A stretch of 22,104 bases of DNA. Origin: an uncultured Lachnospiraceae bacterium. GTDB lineage: Bacteria; Bacillota; Clostridia; Lachnospirales; Lachnospiraceae. The position numbers were made by a program, and so were the translations under genes. A model generated the notes under the pieces. The model saw nothing but the letters and a program-made list of their open reading frames with translations, ran no database searches and was not told the origin of the DNA. The stretch spans positions 1 to 22,104 of the forward strand of contig CARRLP010000001.1 of NCBI GenBank assembly GCA_949055985.1. Direction: 5' to 3'. Positions 15,935 through 22,104 of the stretch are shown here, piece by piece; position 1 is the first letter of the stretch; each line of letters opens with the position of its first letter.

Positions 15935-17575
15935 ATGAAGATTTTGTTGGTGGTTCCGCAATACTATAGCCGGAAAGAACGATATTATCAAATGCCATTA
16001 GGCTTAGCGTATGTGAATGCAGCTCTGCGGGAAGCAAATTTAGATGTGCAATGCCTGAATATGAACCATATTGAAGCAGAAGACGCCTATTCAGTTTTAG
16101 CTGAACGGGTAGTAAATTCCAATATTGACGTTGTCCTTTGCGGCGGAATAAGCCCGCTTTGGAAAACGATTGAAAAAGTGTTTGATACAGTTAAAAGGGC
16201 AAAAGCTTCCATAATTACTGTGGGGGGGGGTGGAGCCTTTACGTCGGAGCCTCTTATTTCAGCGGAACTTCTTGAAGTAGATTATGCTGTAATTGGAGAA
16301 GGGGAGATTACAGATGTAGAGCTTATTCAAACGTTGATGGCGAATCAGAATGTAAGCAATGTAAAAGGAATTGTATATAAAACGCCGGACGGATATAGGC
16401 AGACGGCTCCGAGGGAAGAAATTGCCGATGTGGATTCCATTCCATTTCCATGCTATGAGGGGTTTGACATGGATTTATATTTAGAAAATCAAATGGTGAG
16501 CGATGAATATTATTCTTTTTATTCGGACAAGCCGAGAATTATGCCGATGATTTTAGGCAGGTCATGCCCTTATCAATGCAAATTTTGTTTTCACCCTATA
16601 GGAAATAAATACAGGGTGCGAAGTCTGGATAATTTTTTTATGGAACTGGATCAATGGAAGAATAAGTATGCTCCAACCTGTATTTTGATATTAGATGAAT
16701 TATTTAGCGCAAGCGTTGAAAGAGTGTATGAGTTTTGTGAAAGAATAAAAGGATATGAGATAAAATGGATTGTCCAAATGCGGGTGGATATTATCACGAA
16801 AGAGTTATTGCAGACAATGCGGGACGCCGGATGCCTCAGCATCAGTTATGGACTTGAAAGTTTTAGCCCTGCAGTTTTGAAAAATATGAGAAAACATATC
16901 TCTTTAGCAGACATAGAAAACGCTTTAAAATTGACTTATGAAGCAAAAATAGACATTCAGGGCAATTTTATTTTTGGAGACGAGTTAGAAAATGAGCATA
17001 CGATATATGAAACATTGCGGTTTTGGTTTCAGCATCCAGAATATAAAATTAATTTGGGGTGGATAGAGACATATCCGGGATGCGGCTATTATCAGGAATT
17101 ATCAAAAAATTGGAGCGTTGAGGAGAAAAAAGCATTTTTAGAAATGAGTGAATGGCTGACAAATTTAACAAAGATGCCAGATGAAGAATATGGGAAATAT
17201 AAAGTTGTGATTCAACTGCTTACATTTTATTATAACCCAGATTGTGTGAAAGAAAAAGAGACGCGGACAGACGAAAATGGCGATGGGATTATTGAAGCGA
17301 AGTGCGTGCATTGCGGTTCGGTAAATCGGTGGGCAGGAGTTAAAAAATATCTGCTAAATCAATCGTATTTTAAATTATGCTGCCGGAAATGCAATCATAG
17401 GAATGTGATTTACAGCAGGAAAGAAAGGTTAAAAAATTGGGATTTAATTCTGCCATTATGTGAGAAAATGGCTTTGGCAACAAAGGAAGATGAATTTATT
17501 AAAGCGGTAAACGCTTTATATGAGACGTATATGGTGACGCATGACCCAGAAAATCCATTTCCTGTTTTGTTTTAG
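15935..17575 (+). CDS. B12-binding-domain radical SAM enzyme (class B) with a C-terminal Cys4 zinc-ribbon-like tail
   Basis: The N-terminus ILLVVPQ...MPLGLAYVNAAL...VVLCGG is a B12-binding-like domain. The radical SAM motif is CPYQCKFC. The C-terminus has CVHCGS...CCRKCNH. A G9 tract lies at 16222-16230, encoding GGGG. Confidence 0.75.
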   Translation: MKILLVVPQYYSRKERYYQMPLGLAYVNAALREANLDVQCLNMNHIEAEDAYSVLAERVVNSNIDVVLCGGISPLWKTIEKVFDTVKRAKASIITVGGGGAFTSEPLISAELLEVDYAVIGEGEITDVELIQTLMANQNVSNVKGIVYKTPDGYRQTAPREEIADVDSIPFPCYEGFDMDLYLENQMVSDEYYSFYSDKPRIMPMILGRSCPYQCKFCFHPIGNKYRVRSLDNFFMELDQWKNKYAPTCILILDELFSASVERVYEFCERIKGYEIKWIVQMRVDIITKELLQTMRDAGCLSISYGLESFSPAVLKNMRKHISLADIENALKLTYEAKIDIQGNFIFGDELENEHTIYETLRFWFQHPEYKINLGWIETYPGCGYYQELSKNWSVEEKKAFLEMSEWLTNLTKMPDEEYGKYKVVIQLLTFYYNPDCVKEKETRTDENGDGIIEAKCVHCGSVNRWAGVKKYLLNQSYFKLCCRKCNHRNVIYSRKERLKNWDLILPLCEKMALATKEDEFIKAVNALYETYMVTHDPENPFPVLF

Positions 17576-17592
17576 GAAAAGGATTTCCGCCA

Positions 17593-18288
17593 TTAAATTG
17601 TGACATTAAAGTATTGTTGGGCCTTACAGTATTTTTTCTGCCTGTTTCTGATTAAGACACTGCCGTCAGGGTTACGCAGCACAACGGAATCATCGGAGAC
17701 CGGCTGTCCATATACAAACGCATCTACTCCAATGGATACACGGTTTCCGATTGGTTCATTGCCTATAATTTTAGCTCCGGCGGCTAAGTAGAGCCCTTTT
17801 CCGAGTTTTGGGACAGTTTCGCCGACAGGGCTTTCACCGGTATTGATGGTGACATTTTGGCCTATTACAAGAAAATCACTGTAAGCTGCATTGCCAATTA
17901 CGCTTCCTACCGGATGTGTAAGGAAGAATATTTCCGGCAGTTTGCCTTTGTAAGAGATAAAAAAACTATGTAAAGTTTTATTCAAGTAAATTAATTTGTC
18001 ACAGACAGATTTGTTTGCGGAAAGCTCCCACAGTGAGTTAGCCCAAAAATATAAAAACTGGGCATACTGGTCAGAATGCAGATGCGAGAAAAATGTTTCG
18101 CCTTGGTTATCTGAATATGCGGAATTTTTAATAAAACGGAAGCAATGCTCTGTCCGTTCTAAGGCGCGTTCAAAAGCGGCGTCAACGTCGCTGCCTTTTA
18201 GAGTATGAGTATTGCGATCCGGAAAAAAAAGCTCTAACTGATGCAGCGTATATGTTTGAAGTTCTTGTTTCGGTAATGATAGGTTCAT
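17593..18288 (-). CDS. hexapeptide-repeat (left-handed beta-helix) acetyltransferase, serine-acetyltransferase-like, a probable sugar O/N-acetyltransferase
   Basis: The C-terminal half has hexapeptide repeats (VGSVIGNAAYSDFLVIGQNVTINTG...). ATG at 18288 overlaps the upstream TGA as ATGA, with GGAAG in front. The longer track ORF start at 18405 falls inside the GT2 gene. Confidence 0.6.
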   Translation of the reverse strand: MNLSLPKQELQTYTLHQLELFFPDRNTHTLKGSDVDAAFERALERTEHCFRFIKNSAYSDNQGETFFSHLHSDQYAQFLYFWANSLWELSANKSVCDKLIYLNKTLHSFFISYKGKLPEIFFLTHPVGSVIGNAAYSDFLVIGQNVTINTGESPVGETVPKLGKGLYLAAGAKIIGNEPIGNRVSIGVDAFVYGQPVSDDSVVLRNPDGSVLIRNRQKKYCKAQQYFNVTI

Positions 18289-19256
18289 TTCTTCTTCCTT
18301 TTTTGAATATAAATTGGCTCTAAAATAAAACGTGGGAGAATTGCGTATGGCCATACATGGAACCATATCGTAGGATATTTGTATGTATTTAAAAATAATA
18401 TCCATTTATCGTCCATATCATACTGATTATCCTCTACGCTGTATTTTAGGATAGAATCTTTAATAAATCCTTTCATGTCAGTAAGAAAGATTTTTTTCAT
18501 CTGGCTTTTTGGAAAACCGGCTTTTACGGCTGTTTGGAGCAAAAGTCTTTTATATTGCTTTACCCAGACTTCAAATAAATTAAATCCGCCGCTGTTATTA
18601 TTTTTTGCGGCTAAATAGGGGGCTTTTGTCAGGATCATTTTAGTATTTTTGCCTGAGAGAATGTGAAATACGATATGCGCGTGTAGAAAATGGGTTCCAA
18701 AATATTTCTCAGGATGCTTTATTTGTTTAAATTTGCTCATTTTCAGAACGGTTGCAGATATATACGTTACATAAACGCCAATGTAATTCATCAGAAGGGT
18801 TTTATCGTAAGTAATCAGATCGTTTGTTTCCCTAAGTTTTATTCTTGGCGCTTTTCTAATGTCCGGATTGAATGTCTGTGTTGAATATGTAAAAGAATTT
18901 ATATTAATATAGGCTGGTCTTTCTGTTTTTATCAGATATAATATTTTTTTTATCGCTCCGGGCAGCAATATGTCATCGTCCGAGAGAAACTGTATATATT
19001 CGCCGTTCGCTTTTTGGAAACAGTTAAAAAAATTTTTATCCATACCCAAATTTTTTGAATTACGATAATAACGTATCTTATGTTCTTTGCAATATTTTTT
19101 CATTACTTTTGGGGTCTCGTCTGTGGAAGCGTTATCTGATACAAGGATTTCAACGCCGTCTTCCAACTGCCCTAGCGCGCTTTCTAATGACTGGCATAAT
19201 AAATGACAGCGGTTATAGGTAGGGATAGCGACTGTCAGTATAATTTTTTGTCCCAT
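18285..19256 (-). CDS. family 2 glycosyltransferase (GT-A fold)
   Basis: ILTVAIPTYNR...SDNASTDET...DDD fits the GT2 DxD architecture. ATG 19256 has AGAGGT upstream. The N-terminal extension in the track ORF overlaps the upstream gene. Confidence 0.7.
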   Translation of the reverse strand: MGQKIILTVAIPTYNRCHLLCQSLESALGQLEDGVEILVSDNASTDETPKVMKKYCKEHKIRYYRNSKNLGMDKNFFNCFQKANGEYIQFLSDDDILLPGAIKKILYLIKTERPAYININSFTYSTQTFNPDIRKAPRIKLRETNDLITYDKTLLMNYIGVYVTYISATVLKMSKFKQIKHPEKYFGTHFLHAHIVFHILSGKNTKMILTKAPYLAAKNNNSGGFNLFEVWVKQYKRLLLQTAVKAGFPKSQMKKIFLTDMKGFIKDSILKYSVEDNQYDMDDKWILFLNTYKYPTIWFHVWPYAILPRFILEPIYIQKRKKK

Positions 19257-19260
19257 GATC

Positions 19261-20193
19261 TTACCTCTTTCTTTTGGTTTCATAATACTGGATTGTTTTT
19301 TGGATGCCTTCTTCAAAGGGAATTTCAGGCTTCCAGCCGGTATCTCTTGTAAGAGGTTCAATATTGATACAAGAACTTGGCATTATGCCGGGGGAGCTGA
19401 TTTTTCTTTCGGGAGGGGGAGTTTTTTCTCCAATGCCTAAAGGAAGCGATGGGTTTATCATGTCCCGAATAGTTAAGACGTATTCCCGAAGTGTTTTGTG
19501 CGTTCCGCTTCCTATTCCATATGTAATATTATGCCTGCCTTTCTCTCCAATTTTAATAATTGCTTTTGCTACATCTGATACATAGACAAAATCCCAATTA
19601 GACTGGAGATTGCCATAGACAGGGTATTTGCCATCTAAAAGAGTGGTAATCGTATAAGTCAGGATATTGTCTTCTGTTCTTCCTTCCCCATATGTGCTTG
19701 GAAGAACAGTCCAAATCATATCCTGCCCTAATTGCGCGGCAACGGCTTCTAACAGATAGTGGACGGAAGTTTTTGTGGCTCCATAGATGTCAATGGGCGT
19801 CTGTTTCCTTGAAAAATCAATGACGCATACATTATAAACATATTCTGCCACTGTGCCTGCGGCCAGAAATAGTTTGCATTTTAAATATTTAGAGAGACGT
19901 AACATATCCAGAGAAGTTTCGATATTGCTTAATTGCAAAGGAATGTTGTTTTTTTCTTTCCCAGAAACGCCTGCCCAGCCAAGATGATAAAATATATCAT
20001 ATGTTTTTCCAGACAGCCTTTGCGCCAGTTCTTTAAATTGATAGCCGGCAGTTATTGTTTTTACGGAAGAATTATGAAATGGCATAGAGGAGGGGGAGGA
20101 GGTCAGGACGGTTACGTTAGCGCCTGATTTTAATAATTCCGCAACAACATATCTGCCGATAAATCCGGTTCCTCCTGTAAGAATGGCTTTCAT
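19261..20193 (-). CDS. NAD(P)-dependent epimerase/dehydratase/reductase (extended SDR)
   Basis: The N-terminus ILTGGTGFIGRYV is a Rossmann motif. The catalytic YxxxK motif is YGATK. The protein is 310 aa. Confidence 0.75.
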   Translation of the reverse strand: MKAILTGGTGFIGRYVVAELLKSGANVTVLTSSPSSMPFHNSSVKTITAGYQFKELAQRLSGKTYDIFYHLGWAGVSGKEKNNIPLQLSNIETSLDMLRLSKYLKCKLFLAAGTVAEYVYNVCVIDFSRKQTPIDIYGATKTSVHYLLEAVAAQLGQDMIWTVLPSTYGEGRTEDNILTYTITTLLDGKYPVYGNLQSNWDFVYVSDVAKAIIKIGEKGRHNITYGIGSGTHKTLREYVLTIRDMINPSLPLGIGEKTPPPERKISSPGIMPSSCINIEPLTRDTGWKPEIPFEEGIQKTIQYYETKRKR

Positions 20194-20203
20194 ATTCTTC
20201 CTC

Positions 20204-21217
20204 CTACTGTTCCATGCGTTTTAGAATGATGTCTGCATAGCTGTCTATATCGTCGGTTGTATTCGCCGACAGGCTTTCGCAATGTCTGCAGATTGGTATA
20301 TCGTCTTTCCTCTTTTTTAAGTGGAGTTTTTGGTACTGGCAAAGTTTTTCGCCATTCCAAATATCCGCAATTTTTTCGGTTTTTAAATCGCCTAAAATAT
20401 ATTCTGTTTTCCAGTCTACACAGCACAGATGCGCAATGCCGGAATGGTTTATTACCATCGTAGTAAATAAAAATGGGCAGACTTCTTTTGGTTGTAGCTC
20501 CTGGCCGTAAGTGCCTTTATGGGCGTTGTTTATTTTTGCGCCGATATTTGTGTCCTGCCAAAGGGTGGAAGAAATGGTTTCTACAAATATTTCGTCAGAC
20601 ACTTTTTCAAATGTCTGGTAAAAATTCTGTTTTTCTGTTTCGGTATAACCAATATCGCTGTATTTAATAAAGATTTTACAATTCTGTTTATTTTTATAGA
20701 AAAACTCGATTTTTTTATAGAAATCCTGAAAGTCCATTTCGTATTGGCATACGTCTTTGTACTGTTGTTCATTAATTCCATTTACTGAAATATTTAATAT
20801 GTCAAGACCTGCCTCAATAAGCTCAAGGCTGAGCGTTTCGTTTAGAAGCGTGCCGTTGGTCGTGATTTCAATACATTCTGCGGCCTCTGCTTTTTTGGCA
20901 TAGGCTGCCATTTGGGCAATCTTGGGATTCATCAAGGGCTCTCCGATTTTAAACAGCCTTAATTTTTTGATTTTTTGTCTGCCCCAGCAAGAGACAATGT
21001 CGTCTATGATTTTTTGGAAAAGTTCCAAAGACATTGCGCCAAATGTTACATTAGATTTTTTTATGGTTTCCATGTCTGAGTGGAAACAAAAATTGCATTT
21101 TAAATTACAGGCGCTGCATACGTCAATTTGAATTGCAAAGGGCGCGGAAAGCGGCAGAACTTCCTGTAACGGGGTTCTTTCCCTTGCGTAAATTTTGGCT
21201 CTTCTTATTGCGCTCAT
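20204..21217 (-). CDS. radical SAM enzyme with a C-terminal SPASM-type auxiliary cluster domain
   Basis: CNLKCNFC is a CxxxCxxC motif. The C-terminal Cys array CPFLF...HLCCVDW...CQYQ...CRHC is SPASM-like. GGAGGT lies 7 nt before ATG 21217. Confidence 0.75.
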   Translation of the reverse strand: MSAIRRAKIYARERTPLQEVLPLSAPFAIQIDVCSACNLKCNFCFHSDMETIKKSNVTFGAMSLELFQKIIDDIVSCWGRQKIKKLRLFKIGEPLMNPKIAQMAAYAKKAEAAECIEITTNGTLLNETLSLELIEAGLDILNISVNGINEQQYKDVCQYEMDFQDFYKKIEFFYKNKQNCKIFIKYSDIGYTETEKQNFYQTFEKVSDEIFVETISSTLWQDTNIGAKINNAHKGTYGQELQPKEVCPFLFTTMVINHSGIAHLCCVDWKTEYILGDLKTEKIADIWNGEKLCQYQKLHLKKRKDDIPICRHCESLSANTTDDIDSYADIILKRMEQ

Positions 21218-21243
21218 CGTTGTACCTCCGTGTGGTCTGCTTT

Positions 21244-22104
21244 TTAAGGCAGCATAAGTTTTTTTATTTCATCTTCTTCTAAGAAAGGATACATATCATG
21301 TAAAGCGGGAGTTTTCATTTTGCCGTTTTCATCTATGCGTGACATGACTTTTGGAATAACAGGATCGTCAAATGCCTGCAATACTTCCAGTATCATATGC
21401 TTTGTTGTCTGCATAAAAGCATGTAAGCAGGAATCCACTTCGCCATTATTATGGCAGCAAAGATATTTAAACCCGAATGTGTCTGCAATTTTTTTAAAAT
21501 CAGGGAAACTTACTCCGGTATCCGGCGTACAGCCAATGTATTCTCCTTGAAAGAAGTTTTTTGAAGTCTGCCGGATTGCCCCATAACCTTCATTTGAAAA
21601 GATAACGATTGAAATTGGAAGATCGTACTGGGCAATCGTTTGAAGTTCTTGTAGGTTCATCATTATGCTTCCGTTTCCTGTAATGCAGTATACGCCGGAT
21701 TTGGAGGAGATGGCGGCGCCTATGGCCGCGGGAATATCGTATCCCATAGATCCGCAAGTATAATTTGTAAGAATCCGTTGGTTTCTCTTTTGGGTTCCAA
21801 TTTGTAATTTTGCAGTATTTGCGCTGTTGTTGCCAAGCGCTAAAATGCTGTTATCCGGTTCATGTGAATGGAACTGTTTCCAAAAATAGTAGGAAGAAAC
21901 CCTGTCTGACAAATGAACGCCATGCCGGATTGCTTCATATGGAGAAAAGCGTTCTTTTAGGTTTTGGCAGTAGGAAAGCCATTCTTTATGCGGCATACAG
22001 GGGATGACGCTCTGTCTGGCAGTTTCAAAAAACTGATTTAGGTCTATATGGAGGCTCTTTTGGATTTTAAGCCCCGGTTTTAGGGCTTCGTTTTTGTCAG
22101 CGTC
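21244..22104 (-). CDS. TPP-dependent enzyme, acetolactate-synthase-like family, C-terminal TPP-binding domain; 5' end outside the window
   Basis: GSMGYDIPAAIGA...ITGNGSIMMNLQEL is the TPP-binding motif of the ALS/POX family. The reading frame stays open from 21996 to the window end. The track ORF's first Met is therefore internal. Confidence 0.7.
   Translation of the reverse strand, partial: DADKNEALKPGLKIQKSLHIDLNQFFETARQSVIPCMPHKEWLSYCQNLKERFSPYEAIRHGVHLSDRVSSYYFWKQFHSHEPDNSILALGNNSANTAKLQIGTQKRNQRILTNYTCGSMGYDIPAAIGAAISSKSGVYCITGNGSIMMNLQELQTIAQYDLPISIVIFSNEGYGAIRQTSKNFFQGEYIGCTPDTGVSFPDFKKIADTFGFKYLCCHNNGEVDSCLHAFMQTTKHMILEVLQAFDDPVIPKVMSRIDENGKMKTPALHDMYPFLEEDEIKKLMLP

Noticed and set aside
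17593-18405. Longer 270-aa version of the acetyltransferase ORF
   Set aside because: The 5' extension overlaps the 3' end of the GT2 gene in another frame. The internal ATG at 18288 forms a typical ATGA coupling with an RBS.
18285-19361. Longer 358-aa version of the GT2 ORF
   Set aside because: The N-terminal 35 residues overlap the upstream SDR gene. ATG 19256 has a proper AGAGGT SD and begins right at the GT2 fold (ILTVAIPTYN).
20092-20096. Short G/C runs (G5-G6) at 13291-13296, 19390-19394, 19415-19419 and 20092-20096 as phase-variation tracts
   Set aside because: Runs of 5-6 are below the length at which slipped-strand mispairing is usually appreciable. Only the two G9 tracts are reported.

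Overview
This window reads as a low-GC Firmicutes (Clostridia/Lachnospiraceae-like) flagellin locus with an attached flagellin-glycosylation and sugar-biosynthesis island. The layout, left to right, is as follows. (1) The 3' end of an IS1182/IS5-like transposase sits at the window edge. (2) A 509-aa unknown, possibly CgeB-like, gene is transcribed divergently from (3) a flagellin gene (real start 2283) driven by a sigma-28 (SigD/FliA) type promoter. Its leader carries two CsrA-type GGA sites, one in a hairpin loop and one over the SD. (4) Downstream of the flagellin terminator, the sigma-28 promoter and the CsrA leader are duplicated in front of a 10-codon ORF. A perfect sigma-A consensus promoter follows, then a small unknown gene and a Maf/DUF115 motility-accessory-factor gene. 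(5) A leftward, translationally coupled heptose cassette encodes GmhA, GmhB and an SDR epimerase/dehydratase. (6) A long rightward operon encodes an unknown 526-aa protein, two paralogous radical SAM enzymes flanking a split transketolase, a reversed-domain HldE-like nucleotidyltransferase/kinase, and a B12-binding radical SAM enzyme. (7) A leftward module encodes a TPP-dependent acetolactate-synthase-like enzyme (5' end outside the window), a radical SAM/SPASM enzyme, an SDR, a GT2 glycosyltransferase and a hexapeptide acetyltransferase. Two G9 homopolymer tracts, unusual for this base composition, sit in the leader sORF of the long operon and inside the B12-radical-SAM coding sequence; both are candidate slipped-strand phase-variation switches. 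The most interesting hypothesis is an undescribed nucleotide-heptose (higher-carbon sugar) pathway with four radical SAM enzymes that tailors the flagellin glycan. All functional assignments come from motif-level reading of the translations. No database searches were run.
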